A stretch of 64,000 nt of DNA from Chrysemys picta bellii (taxonomy: Eukaryota): positions 73,842,001-73,906,000 of the forward strand of contig NC_088796.1 of the NCBI RefSeq assembly GCF_011386835.1, in the 5' to 3' direction. The translations under genes and the position numbers were made by a program. This document shows, piece by piece, positions 10,111-23,660 of this stretch. Positions within the stretch are counted from its first letter, which is position 1, and each line of letters begins with the position of its first letter. The notes beneath the pieces are model-generated. The model worked only from the letters and a program-made list of their open reading frames with translations. It ran no database searches and was not told the DNA's origin.

Positions 10111-13100
10111 GTGGTCATATATGCTTTACCCATGTCCATAATCCACAGGCATGACTCTTTTTCCTCCTTTTGTTCATTCCCATTTTGTAACAGCAATAAT
10201 TTACTGCCTGTAACACACAACAGACTGTGTATTTCTGGATTATTCTTCTTCTTGGGCTCATGCCTCAGCCCACACCCAAAGCATGCAATAATCCTTTAGA
10301 AATGCACTGCTGGTTGTGTTTTATAGTCTGAAAAGAGCATCTTTATTCTCATATTTACAATCCCCCATGTAATTTCATGCATGCCTAAATTCCATACACA
10401 GCCTGTAACAACTCTCTTAAACATGCATTTTTCTTTTCAAGACACAGATGAAATGTGCATCCCAATATTCGCAATTTACTTTTTTTATTGATAGAGTTAT
10501 TACCTCTCATCTGTAAAGTTACTCGGAAAAAGTCATGATCCTATATGTAAGTGTGTGTGTCTGTGTAATTTGCGATAAACATGTATTATGGAAAAATTTT
10601 ATCTGCCCACCATATATCTTTCAAAGTCTATTAATTGTAACATTTTTAAAGAATACTGTACTATGATTTTATAGACTTCATGTACTAGTACAGTAGCTAA
10701 ACACTTCCTGAATAGATAGCATTTTTAGCCTCTCCCATTATAATTTCTCAGTCATTAGTCTAAGATCAAGTGTAGTCAGTTTAACGTCTTTCTTCTATGT
10801 ATGATCTATATCCTGCAAGGGGCATGGACAAGGCAATCTAATATGCCTTTACCTCTAACATCTACATTTTAAAGTGGTCTGGGGGGAGAGTTAGGGGGGT
10901 AAAGGGGGGTGCTACATTTTGAACTTTTAATGATAAGCCAGCAGTCAATTACCTGACACATACTTTGTCCAATATATGTATGGGAAGCTAGCCAAAGAGC
11001 CAGTCAATCATAAAAATCAGCATTTCTGAGCCAGCCTTATCATTTCTTGAAATATAGGAACAGTACATTCTTAAATAAGGTATTCACAAAAATAGTATAA
11101 TTCCCAATGCACCTAAATAAGATAATAGCAACTGGGTAACCTCAAAAGATTTGAAAGTTTGTCTCAGATTCACATCACTGTGGATGCTCTTAATCTCTTT
11201 AGAGCCTAAAGCTAATACTAGTTTTAGTAAAGTCCATACCTCCGCCTTTAGAGCCTGCTCCTAATCCCAGGCAATAGGCACCTAGCCCATAGCCAACTGA
11301 CTTCAATGGAAAGACTCTCATTGACTTCACTGGGCTTTGGAGCAGGTCCTAAATGCAGACGTGTGGAACTATTTGGCCCCATTGAAGGCAATGGGAGTGT
11401 TGTAACGGACTTTAGTGGAGTCAGGATTTCACACTTTAAAAACAAACTGCACACTGATTGCTTTGGTAACTCTGCAAAGGTTCTAATTTCAGTTCTGGCC
11501 ACAAGTGTAGATTGTGTAGATTTCTGGGGGAAGGAGGGGTCGGAACCAGCACTACCTGAAATAACAGCTTCAACAATGGACTAAATATCCCCATATGGAG
11601 ACTGAGAAAGCATGGCCCAGACAATAGCTCAGGGTAGTGCACAGCCAGTCTGAGGATTAATAATTTATAAGAAGCTCTTCCAGTTTGTTTGGAATATAAA
11701 TGAACATAGCCTTGTCATATTTAAGGCAATTTCTCTCACTTGCAATAAAATAATGGGATCCCGTCTTTCTTGTTTAGGCTACTACCTATGGTAATACAGT
11801 CATGCAGAGTTCTTGGTGAGTCAATCCCTTTTCAACTATCAATCATCCAAAATAATTTTCTATCATATTAAATCAAAGGGCTAGAGCAGATTCCTTCTAT
11901 TTGAGAGATAGCATCAGTCAATAAAGGAGTCCACTCTGCATATGAGATTTATAGCTGTCAGGCTTTTCATACCATCTACTTCAAGTTTCCAAATGCAATT
12001 TTCATGTTGGTATCAAGCATTCAACAGCCACCTGTAGCAACATCTAATGGGATTTTCTGATCATAACAAAGGTCTGAATCCTGTCCAGGTGTCTGTTAAT
12101 TGACCTAGAGAGGAAGCATTTCATTGTGTGCAGCCAGCTGGCCTTGTTTAGAGAAATCAATGCAGAAGAGTGAGTTTGGGGGGTTTAAATAGAGATCAGG
12201 GTTAATCTGCAAATGTGTTTTAGTCTTTGAAGGATTTATATTAATCCAGTTTTATCTCTGATGCCATTGATTTGAAGCAATCATTATAACAAAGCTTTTT
12301 TTGTGTGTGCAACACAGTTCAAGCCATTTAATAACATATTATTTATGATCAATAAAACTGTGGGAATATTTCCAAATGCAAATAATGCCAAAAATCTTTT
12401 AATAACAAAGTGGTGTTTTTGTGGGGGGTTGATGAGGAAGGTGACATTTACTAATATAACTCTATTTCCTTTTTCTTTTTTAATTTCTGCTTGTAATCTT
12501 GCCTAGTATGCCCCAGAAAAAAAAAAGAAAAAAAAAGAAAGATGCATTGATAGAAGGATATAGACAGGGAACACCATCCACAAAAGAAATTCAAAACCAC
12601 CTTCAAATCTTCCAGATTAAGACAAAAATTAGGTTTACCTCCAAACTCTCAGATATTATGGAGATGATGGGATTATAGTTTCAAGGTAAACTCTTCAAAG
12701 AATTCCATTATATGAAACATTAGGGACAAACTCACACAAGTCCACCTACCCCAAAAGTTAGGCTCAAAGGACCAATATTCTGGAGACAACTCAGAGATTT
12801 TGGCTTCTGATCCTTGGGTGTGCTAACATACTTTTGCAGTCTTCCAGTGACACTGTCCATCCTAAACCAGAGTAGGCAGACATGGCAGGTGTTAGGAGAG
12901 TTGTGTGCACTCTTAATAGGAGGACGACCCCAACCTAGGGCAATCCTTAGCTGATATAGAGCTAGAGTGATGGTGTGACTGTGAGGAAAATGGCACGCCC
13001 GTGGTCTCCTGTACTCTGGTGTGCCTCAACTATAGGGAACCATAGACAGCCTTTAGGCTGCTCTAACTTGCCACGGGATATGGCCAGCACAGAGCACACA

Positions 13101-14266
13101 GTGGTTTGGGTTAAAGCAGCCCCAAGGATTAGGGAAACAGATAGATGGTTTAATGCCATTTTAACTCACCCATCTCCCCACCCATCAGCAGCAGCAAACA
13201 TAAATTGAGCATTTTAGGGTGTAGCTCGTGTTTAAATGGCATGTTAATCTCATGTCATTAACTCATTTATTTTTCATTGAATATGCTTTAACATAGTAAA
13301 CTGAGGCACCATGAAATCTTCTTGAAGAGTGTTCCACAAGCTCACATGGTTTTCAGATATCTATGTAAGATGAAACATCTTCCCGGTGTAATGATTTTTA
13401 ACACACCTCTTATCTTTTGTAAGATATTGTAGTATATATTGAAACTGTGTGCATGCAAGGCTGGATGCATGTACAATTCAACAATCTCAGTCTGCCATGG
13501 TCTCTGATACTCATGCGTCCTGTCAGCTGATATGAATGCACTCATTATGGCACTTACGTTGTCCATTACATTTGGACAGCCTTTAGTCACTTTCTAGTAC
13601 TATAGCATGTAAATGAATTGTCCTTCAAAGGACCTTGATTTGAGCCCAGGTTATACTGACTTCCTCTGCTGTAAAATCCAGGCACAGAGTCTCTGTCAGT
13701 GCTTGATATGGGGTTGCACTGGTGGAGGTCAACATTGGGGTGGGGGGAGGCTTGCAATCAGGCAGAACAGCCCCAAAGCAGGCCCCAACCATACTTTAAA
13801 GCTGCCCTGCCTCAGCAGATTCCCTAAAGCAGGACACTCCATTGAAAACACTCATTCAGGTACAGCAATCCTGCTATCATAGAGAATAATAATTTGGACC
13901 ACTCCACAAGAGTGGGATAAATTAAGCTCACTATCTGATAGCAATCAAACACCACAGTCCAGCTGATATCATTTGCTGTATTAGAACAGCAGATAGAACT
14001 GGCCCCATATTATCTAGGGTGTTATGTACAAAACAAGTGGGGGTTTCAAAAGTGCTTTACCATTGACCTTGATAGGACCAGAGTTAGGACACTGCTGAGT
14101 GCCTCTAGAAATTTCACTCAAGGTATAGAAGTATAGAAGACTAACGGATACTGTATTTTAATTATAAGCATTTCAGACTAGTATGAACTCCTACAGTTAG
14201 TTCTATTAAAATGTTTGGTGTTTACCACACTGCAGTATTACTTGTACCTTTGTATTTCTGGCATTT

Positions 14267-14994
14267 TGTGACAGGGTAGGACTCACCACTGTAGCGCCTC
14301 CTGCTGGAGGAGTCCCAGGGATTAGCTCTGTTTGCGATTGCTCCCTCTTCTGGTGGTGCCTCGCCACCTCCACTTCTCCTCCTGAACCCATGTCACTCCA
14401 AGGACCATAACATCCTCTTCAGGACACAGCCCTCTGGCTGTGTCACACTCAGTTCTCCCTCCTTCCAGGGGAACTGCAGTCCACTGTCCGGCCACTTCCT
14501 TCAGTGGCAACCACAGTTTACTGTTTAGCCACTTCCCCAGTGGCGAGGAGTGGGGGAGGAGGAAGAAGGACCCAGGCCCACCCACTACTCCATGTCCTGG
14601 CCCAGGGACCCTGTTGATAGGAGCCACTTGCTGTGTCCCTTCCAATCGCTCAATCTATTTCCCTAGGTCACTTTCCCCTGGCCCTAGAACCTTCTTCACC
14701 CTTGCCTCAAGGTTTCAGACAGCCAGGAGCTCACTCTCACTCCCCTGATCCTGCCCAGCAGTACTTTGTCCAGGTGCTAGATTTCTTCTGCCTGGAAGGC
14801 AGCCAATCCACCTCCCTTCTCAAGTTTCAGGGAGTGACTGAAGCTGCTCTGTTCTGCAGCCCTTCTTATATGGGCCAGCCCAGCCCTGATTGGCTGCTCC
14901 TCGCAGCCCCTCTCCGATTGGTGCCTCCTGCACAGCCTCCCTAGGGCTGCTTTTAACCCCTTTTCTGCCAGTGTAGGGCAGCAGCCCCATCACA
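14267..14994. mobile_element. Solo LTR (Gypsy-like or ERV-like)
   Basis: TGTGACA...CATCACA termini; 5-bp TSD CATTT / CATTC; 728 bp; no internal coding domains. Confidence 0.8.
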
Positions 14995-17125
14995 CATTCT
15001 CTGCATTTAAAGGGGGAAATGCATCGGTACATTGGTAGTTAGTCTGAATAGTAAGTGTCAAGGTTGCATTGGTGCCCACAGTGGTTCTTCAACACAAAAA
15101 GTTTACACAATAATATTCCAAAATTTGGAGGAGACTGTACATGTCCATCCAACCACATTATTTGCTGGAGCTTGGCTTGTGCACCATCTGTGTCCCTTTC
15201 ATATATTTTTCTTTAGCATGGTAACAATTTCATTTTTATTTCTCCTTTAGCTAGTCTGTTCCAAAATAGAACTACCCTCATTGTAAAGAAACATCTCCTA
15301 GAGAGGCTGGACCTTTCTGAGTTTCAATTCATGCTTTCTTGTTGTTGAGCTTCACACACACTCAAGCAAACAATTTGAATGCCGCCATACATATCTTCAA
15401 TTATCTCCCTTCATATTGTAAACCTCTTTTAAAAAAGAACCAGGTATTTTAAACTCCTGAAATCCTTTATCATTCCCCTTGGCCCCTTTGTACTTCATCC
15501 ATTATATTATATTGTAGCACCCAATCAGGATTGGGGCTGAATTGTACTGTACTCTGCACAAACACAGATGAGGAGATGGTCCCTTCACAGTGAAACAGTT
15601 TGAGATATTTTCCATCAGCCATTTTTGTGGTGCCATTTTAGGATAATTTCTGAGCTCTGATTCTGCAACTAGATCTCTACAGGTGGATCCCTCCTCCTGC
15701 CTGAAGCCCTATGCAGATCATCTTGCAAGATCAGTGTCAAAGTTTGGGCTCTGTTCCCACACTAATACATTTGTTTTTTTATGATAACCAGTTAAGGGGG
15801 GGGGAATATGACATTCCTGCTAGCAGCTTTCACAGTCTGTTCCATTAGAGCTGCCTACAGCATATTACCAAGAGAAAGAGGAGTCTCTCATAATGCTATT
15901 GCACTAATGAAGCGTTTGCTGGCAAACACCAGCGTTCTCTCCAGAAACATGACACTGCAAGATAAGACTTACACACACCGAGAGGCATAAACACAGCCCA
16001 CTTGTATTAATCCTGTAAAAGCACACTTTTATAACAGCAGCATGCTGTGTTATGGCAGTCTATATTTCTCTGCTTCAGTCTCTCATGCTCAAAGTGATAA
16101 CATGAATGTAGGTCTGTCTTCCTTTCCTAACCCCCACCCTCTGTACAAGGTATCAGTTCTTTGTTTCTTAACATCCATACTAATTAGATGGTGTAAGACC
16201 CACTTTCAGTGTATACAGAAAACAAAATATCCATTATGTTAGCAATCAAAGCTATACAAGATTGGAGACTGTTCCAGAGATCAAAGATGATCTGTCAGAT
16301 TTCATTATAATGGGGGGGGGGGGGAAAGGAGCACTAACTTCAAAAGATACTGTATTGTCCTTTGTTTCCTCTTGAAAAAATAATTTCTGAGAAGGTGGTG
16401 AGCCACCTCAGAGGAATCTAAATGAATAAACCTTTTGACAGTATCTTCTAGCTTTGACTGCAGATTGACCTTCCCTCCCGTTCATCATTTCTTCCTTCTC
16501 TTTTTCTTCTACCATGAGTGAAAGTTAGATTGTGTCGCTTGCCAACTTAGTCCCAAGGGATGTGAAGAAATAAATGCTTAAGTGGTTCTTCAATCAGCAA
16601 ATTATCTAATGCCCTCTTGCTTTCCTCTGGTCACCGCAGGATCAAGAGCATCTGCAAGAAGGCCAGTTGACAATCTCCTGTTGGATTTCATATTGCTCTT
16701 ACTGAACTGATATTATTAGTCATACCTTCGTACAACAGAATTACACAAATCTAAGCATAGCATTTTTACTCTGACCAATCTTACATTGTATTTATTTTGT
16801 TTGTGCAAAAGCAGCAGCAACATTCAAAGACTTTAATCTTATGTTTGTTTCTCTGATTCAAGAGTCCCGGGCCAAAATTTCACCCCTATGGAAGAGCTCA
16901 AATTGCCTTGACTCCAGTTCAAATTATTTAAAACCGTCAGACAATGAAACTGGTATATATTGTAAGCACAATGGCCCAAAAACTGAGTCTGTTTACAAGG
17001 CCTGCGAGGACCAAAAGCAGTACAAATGCATTTCTACTTTAAGGGAGGCCTAAGCTACTCTTAACCCACGGAATGGGGTGCTGTATTGCCACATGACCCT
17101 CAAGGAGATCTCAACAGAGAGTCAG

Positions 17126-17395
17126 TCATAGAGTTTAAGACCAGAAGGGACCATTAGATCATCTAGTCTGACCTGAATATCAGAAGCCACTAACATCATC
17201 TGGCACCTGCACACTAAGCCCAACAACCAAAATGAAACCTACGTTTTCACAGCCCATAGGAGACTACAGTATTATGTGCACAGGCAGAGAATAGTAAGAA
17301 CTGAGGTGCACCAGGGATCGAGGCCTCTACAATGGTAGGGAAATGATTAAGTCAGATATACCCAGACAATGCTGGCAAGTGACCCACACCCACAC
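17126..17395 (-). mobile_element. CR1 3' end fragment
   Basis: TCATAGAGTTTAAGACCAGAAGGGACCATTAGATCATCTAGTCTGACC is the reverse complement of a CR1 3' UTR and closely matches 49425-49490. Confidence 0.7.
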
Positions 17396-18109
17396 ATGAC
17401 TGGGGCATAGCTAGCAAGCCAATACACAGCATGGAACCTGCCTGGCCCCAGTTCAGCACTGAGGGAAGCAGTGGGCTTCATCCACTCTGTCTGTCTGTCT
17501 GTGACCAACAGCATACAGACCCCACTAATGTGCTCTGGGCCTTATTTTCATTTGGAACCTAAGTTTCCACCTCCCAGTAATCTCAGAGCTGCACATGAGC
17601 ATACTCTTTCACTAGAGCTGCACAGTTATATGTTGTGTTTTGGATAAGGCATTGCACCATGTTCTCTTTGCTCCTTCACAGTGGCTGTTGATGATTCAGT
17701 TTAATTTTTCCAAAAGAAGTAGGGGATCACCCACTGTCCTGAGCAACATACCCTACTGTCAGTATTACAGGGTTAATGTCCCACGCTTTTGCTGAACTAT
17801 AAACTAGGCACACAATTACTTCTCAGTCTGCCTGCACATACAGTTCACTGTCAAGTATCAAAGTCATCACTCTTTCAATGTACTTTCAATTAAATACCTG
17901 GAATATAAAGGTGCTATATAAATCTAAATTCTATTTTATTTGAGAAACTGCATGCTACAAAGGATGCTAAAAATATAAAACAAGAAAGTACATACAACAT
18001 GAAGCGTATCACAAATACAGGCTGTAAATGTAGACCTCATAAGCACCCATGACCAACGTAAGAAACTGGATTAGAATGCAGTAAAGAGGCATCTAATAAA
18101 GCAATAAAC

Positions 18110-18329
18110 CAGGGGTTCTCAAACTGGGGGTTGGGACCCTTCAGGGTGTCACAAGGTTATTACATGGTGGGGTCACGAGCTGTCAACCTCCATCCCAAAC
18201 CCCACTTTGCCTCCAGCATTTATAATGGTGTTAAATATATTTAAAAGTGTTTTTAATCTATAAGGGAGGTTGAACTCAGAGGCTTGCTATGTGAAAGGGG
18301 TCACCAGTATAAAAGTATGAGAACCACTG
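18110..18329. mobile_element. hAT (Charlie-like) MITE
   Basis: TIRs CAGGGGTTCTCAAAC / GTATGAGAACCACTG; perfect 8-bp TSD CAATAAAC (18102-18109, 18330-18337). Confidence 0.9.
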
Positions 18330-19087
18330 CAATAAACCAACAAATGTGCAGTATAGATAAAACAGATTAGGAAAACATTCAGCCAGGCTGCTTTGGGCTG
18401 CTTCTTTCTTCCCGTCTCCCCTAACGTTTCCTTTGCATTCTGTGCTTAAAACACATGTTCTTGCAAAGAAATATAAACTGATTTCTCCTTAAATCGTAAA
18501 AGTAAACACCCTTCTTAATGAGAATATTTTGTTGCATGCTACTGCAGCCCACACAGATCAGATTTAAATCTGGTTCATAGACAGTGATTCTACACTCCAT
18601 TCTTCTTTAACAGTTTCTTCACCATGAGGAACTGAGGCAGCATTTGGAACTTGACAGCAAAGCCAATAATAAACAGGCAAAATGGAAAAAAAACCCACAC
18701 ACACTGAACATGGAGCTTTGGACTTTGGCTGCTTCTTGCTTCCTTGCCTCCCCTCAGGTCTGCTCCATCTCAAATGCTTAAAACAGAGATATAAAACAAA
18801 TCTGCACCCGTATGCTTTTTTTTTCCCTCCTTTCTTTCTTAAAATGCGTCTCTTGTTCTCACTCCAGGATGGCTGGATCTTTTCCAAAGTTCTGGACTGT
18901 TGATTGTAAAAAAAATACCCACAATTTCTCCCCCAATCCAGCTGAAGTACTCATTGAGACTAGAAAATGTAATAGCTAGAAATGTGCCCTTGGAGCCCTC
19001 ATGCATGCTGGAAAGGACACGAAGTGGCCGTGCCACAGCTTGTGTCCTTGGGTGGAATTCTGGGTCACTCAGCTAGAATTCCTCCTT

Positions 19088-19960
19088 GGCCCAGATTCAC
19101 AAAGGGGATTTAGACATTGCAGCACCTAACTTTTAGGCACCATGCTGCCTAGTGAAAATTCAAAGGCTTGACTTATGTGCACAGGCTCCCCATACAATGA
19201 ATGGGGAGAGTTAGGCACCTAAACAAGGGATTTATAGAAGCCAGCACGTTGAGCAAGAAGCTGCCTAAGTTAGCCCGTAGCAAAGGCCAAAGAGAAGAGG
19301 GGGGAATAATGCTGACCCCCGTTTATACTTGTTAGCCCAGTAGTCAGAGCATTTACGTGGAATGTGGGAGATCTAGTTCAAATCCCTCCTCTGCCTCTGT
19401 CTCCCATATCTCAGGAGAGTGCCCTAACCACTGGGCTCTGAGGTTTTTAGGGACGGGGGGTCTCTCTCAACCTCTCCTATTGGAGCCATTCCAATTTTAT
19501 AAGTCAGGGGTTCTCAAACTTCATTTCACCGTGACCCCCTTCTGACAACAAAAATTACTACATGACCCTAGGACAGGGGACCAAAGCCTGAGCCTGCCTG
19601 AGCCCCGCTGCCCCGGGCTGGGGGTGAAAACCCAAGGGCTTCAGCCCCAGGTGGGGGGCCTGTAACTTGAGCCCCGCCACCCAAGGCTGAAGCCCTCAGG
19701 CTTCATCCCAAGGCGGGGGGGTTTGTGCTTTGGCTTCAGTCCTAGACCCCAGCAAGTCTAATGCCAGCCCTGGCGACCCCATTAAAACGGGGTCGCGACT
19801 CACTTTGGGGTCCTTTCTTACAGTTTGAGAACCGCTGGTATAAGTAATTAAATATTCATTGGAGCAGGGAGTGGAATCTGCATCTTGCCCCTTCCAAGTG
19901 AGTGACCTAACCACCCGGCTCCAAAGTCAGTCTCACTCTCTCCCCCGCAATGAATATTTA
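19088..19960. mobile_element. Composite old repeat containing tRNA-like SINE heads in both orientations
   Basis: Starts GGCCCAGATTCACAAAGG; plus-strand head with degenerate A/B boxes (19333-19385); minus-strand heads at 19399-19437 and 19862-19920; the right boundary is uncertain. Confidence 0.45.
19505..19837. mobile_element. hAT (Charlie-like) MITE nested in the older repeat
   Basis: TIRs CAGGGGTTCTCAAAC / GTTTGAGAACCGCTG; TSD TTATAAGT / GTATAAGT (7/8). Confidence 0.88.
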
Positions 19961-22763
19961 AGGATTTATGCAAAATGGAACAGTTTCTCCTCCTCCTCTT
20001 TCTCCCACCCAGTCTTTTTGTGAGAGTTAAGAGCATTTGAGCATACTTACAGGATTGGGCTCTGAAGGCGAGGAAGGCAAGGGAATGTGGATCCTGAAGT
20101 CTTTACCCACTCTTTGCCCAGTCTTTACTTATGCATTCCCAATGAAGTCATTTGCGGAATAAGTAAGAACCATTCAAAAAGTGGGTAAGGATTTCAGAAT
20201 GTGGTCCACTATTTGTAAACGTCTATTCTGTATGATATTTATTTTATTTAGCTCTTTGCTAGCAAGCATGGATAAGAGGGAAGCAAAACAAGGATCTAAT
20301 CATCTACTTCCGTGTGTAACTACAATCAGCCTTGAAAATAAGTGACAATATTGTTTCTGTCTCAAACATACACCACCCAGTTCGTGTCACCCACGCTACA
20401 GTTGTCTCACTTTCTATATTTGTTCAGACAACAGCAGAGAAGCAGCACCCTCTCTTATGAGGCTGATATTAAGTTATTTGATATCAGTGGCCATTCAAAT
20501 CTGGAGCTTAGCATCCAGAAATTCTCACTAGCACCAAAACCATCAAGGTGTAGCAAGGTTTTGTGAAATGTGAAACATTTGACAGTTTTTGCTATTTTTC
20601 AAAAAGCAAAAGGCAGATTGCTTTCTTACGAGTGAAACTAGTTTTGCGTCTTGCTTTGGGCATAATTCTGGCATTTTCACTGAAAATGATGAAAACAGCA
20701 AACTACAAATTTTTCACCATTTTGTTGCACAATTAGGGCCAAGCCCCTATTTAGGGAAGCAGTTAAATACATGCTTAACAACATACCCATTCCAGACACC
20801 AGTTAAGCTTCCTTACTTACTTAAGCTTACTTACTTAACTTTAAGCAGGTGCTTAAGTCCCATTGAAGTTGTTAAGCAGGTGCTTAAGTGGTATCCTGAT
20901 CAGGATGTTTTCCTCTTTTGGGACCTAGTTTTTGCCGTTGGCTGCACTGCATATTACATTCACATGGCTTACAGGTGGCCCACAAAATTATTCCTGCCTT
21001 AAAAGAAAGCTGCTAGTTTGTCCTGGCTTCTCTTCATGCTTCTGCTCATTCTCCCTTCCATGCAGTCTGCTCTTGAGCTAGTTTTACTATTAAGAAATTA
21101 ATTATGGAATTTATCTCCAGATTTCACAACTGTTCTTTATGTCACCAGCACTCAATTCCCAAATAATTGCAACATCCCTGAGAAATGAAGGCAGTTTGTG
21201 CTCATCAACACAGAGCCATGAGCAGAATCCAAGCCGAAGGGCTAGCCTGTTCCTTAGACACACGCTGGTTGAATGGAACATCCTCTTGAGAACAAATCTG
21301 ATTTTGCTGCCAGATAATACACTAACACATGATTCTGGTTACTAAAGGACATCCTGGTGCCACACCAGGAATATCCAACACCTGGACCTGTTAAATGGGC
21401 TCCAAAAAGACAGAGCTTCCAGATTTTTTAAAAACTCTGCTGAATCAAGACAATTAACAACAATGAAGGCTGAAGCTTTAGTGAAAGTGCTTTTCTGTGG
21501 GGATCCTTATGAGTTCTAGAGCAGAACTTTAGATCTAATGCAGTTACAGCCTCCTGGATCCTTGGTGGGGCATAGCAGACATTTTGTTACTTCAGTCTTC
21601 ATGCCAGAAAAGCAAAAGGTGTTTCCCCTCCATCATCCATTTCCCAACATGGCTCAGATCTATCTCCTCCCAGCAAACAATAATACTGGAAAACTCTTCA
21701 ACCCTTCTTGGCTCCTGGGCATGGAAAGAAAGAGAGCCACTTGCCTCCAGAAATATCTTGAAAACACCAGATGTTTGAATAGGGAATCTCATAAACAAGA
21801 AGCCCTGTCTATGTAGAGAGGCTATTTGTAGGCAGCTCATCACAGATGCGTTTTGTATAGCAAACAACAGAGTTACTGCTCTTTGCAAAATGCCTTTTTA
21901 AAGTATTCTAATGAGTCTTTGACTGGAACCCATAATCAGTAGAACAATTTTTTTCTTTTCATATAAGTAAACACTATTCTCTCATGTAATGAGCATGAAT
22001 TGTTTGACACTTTTTAAAAATATGAACTTTGAAATGAAAAGGATGTTGAAAATATTTTTAGAGGGAAGACAGCTGGCAACTACACAATCATCAAAAACTC
22101 GTGAATATCTGCAAATACTTCACCTACCAACACAGGATCTCTGTGATTGCTCTGGGAAAGATGTCTCGTTACTAGCCTGTCACTGCTGCTGCACTGTCAT
22201 TCCTGCTTGTGACTGAAAACAAAACAGTGGGGCTCACTAAATCCTGAGGGATGATACAAAAAGACCAACCTGGGAACAAATTCCCACACCATTCACCAGT
22301 CCTGTCTGCAACTTCAACTTGAGGTTCAGTCCTAAAAGAATATGTCAGCAGAAAACATGCAATAGATAAAGGATTTCAGTTCCTAAGGGACATAGGAACT
22401 TTCAAAATTTTTACCCACTATCTTGTTTCAGTTGCCCTTTTAAAAGGTAGTCCATAATGCTCTCAGTGTAGGTTTTACATACTTCAGATATGCTAAAAGT
22501 TAAAGTTACCTTTTTCTCAGAAAGCATGTTTAATATATGGTTAATGCTCCTTTTCACTTTAAACCCTAGCTGAAGGTCAGCACATTCTGGTTCATTGAGT
22601 CAAAGTCAAGGGCTTTCCATTGGGAACTTCTTGTCTTTTGTCCCCAAGATATGTAAATACTCAGATGATACAGTGATGGATGCCGTAGAAGAACCTGGAG
22701 ATATATATACACACACAAGTCTCAGCGTATGAGCAAGAGAATCCCAATTCGTCTCAACTAGAG

Positions 22764-23498
22764 ACTCCTCGGGGAATTCTGCACCAAAAAATTAAACATT
22801 TGCACCAAAAAATTAAAAATTCTGCACACAATATTTTAAAATTCTGCAAAATTCTGCAAATTTTATTTGTCAAAATAACAGTACATGATCACGCCAACTT
22901 CGATTATTTTGCTAATTTATTTCAAAATACCCATCAGCAAGTATGTCTGTAACAATGCAGACATATACAAAAAATTCCCCCAGGAGTAGAGAGTTAAAAA
23001 AACCCTATGGCAACCCAGTTCCTGTTTCTCTGCCCCCTCCCCCTCCTAGAGCCCAGCCGGCGGGGGCAGATACCCACACCTCTTCCCCCCTACCCCAGAG
23101 TTCAGCCACGGGGCCCCCCTTGCCCACACCCCGTCCCCACCAAAGCCCAGCCATGGGCCCTCCCCAGCCAAGACACCTGCCCCCCTACTCCTCAGAGCCG
23201 AGGGATCAAGAGAGAGAAACAGCCTGATGCTGGGTCCCAGGTTTTTGTGCAGTTTCATGCACACCGTTGTCTCCTTCCCTCAGGGTGTGTGGGGAACTGC
23301 AGCTGCCGGGAACTCTCTAGCTCCCTCCCCCCGGCAGTGTCTTCTATATGGGAGTTGTACTCTGCCGGGTCCAGCGGCCCCCAGTGGTGGCCAGCAGCAC
23401 TGCAGCCAATTTCTGTGGAGGAAAGGAAATTCTGCACACACAACATTAATTTCTGCAAAATTCTGCATTGCGCAGTGGCGCAGAATTCCCCCAGGAGT
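22764..23498. mobile_element. Unclassified non-autonomous TIR element
   Basis: TIR ACTCCTCGGGGAATTCTGCACC vs (rc) ACTCCTGGGGGAATTCTGCGCC; subterminal AAAATTCTGC arrays at both ends; extra internal right-TIR copy at 22973-22987; no TSD visible. Confidence 0.75.
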
Positions 23499-23660
23499 AA
23501 TCGTTAACATAGTCAAGATCCAAACCATAAAGGGCTTTAAAGATGAAAACCAATACCATGAACTTCACACAAACCAAGGCAGTCTATTGAACACAGATGT
23601 AATATGCTCCCAGTTATACATGATGGCATACGATAGGTGAACTGGGGCAAATAAGTAGCA
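23499..23660 (-). mobile_element. L2-like LINE ORF2 3' fragment (continues at ~22715-22763)
   Basis: Minus-strand VKFMVLVFIFKALYGLDLDYVND resembles the L2 motif FKVLVLIFKALxGLxPxYL. Confidence 0.6.

Noticed and set aside
18863-18896. 34-nt minus-strand micro-exon (AACAG|...CTGGA|GTGAGA)
   Set aside because: No recognisable peptide and no partner exons; expected by chance.
22770-22870. CRISPR-like or satellite array
   Set aside because: These are short irregular subterminal AAAATTCTGC repeats of a TIR element in a eukaryotic genome, with no repeat-spacer structure.
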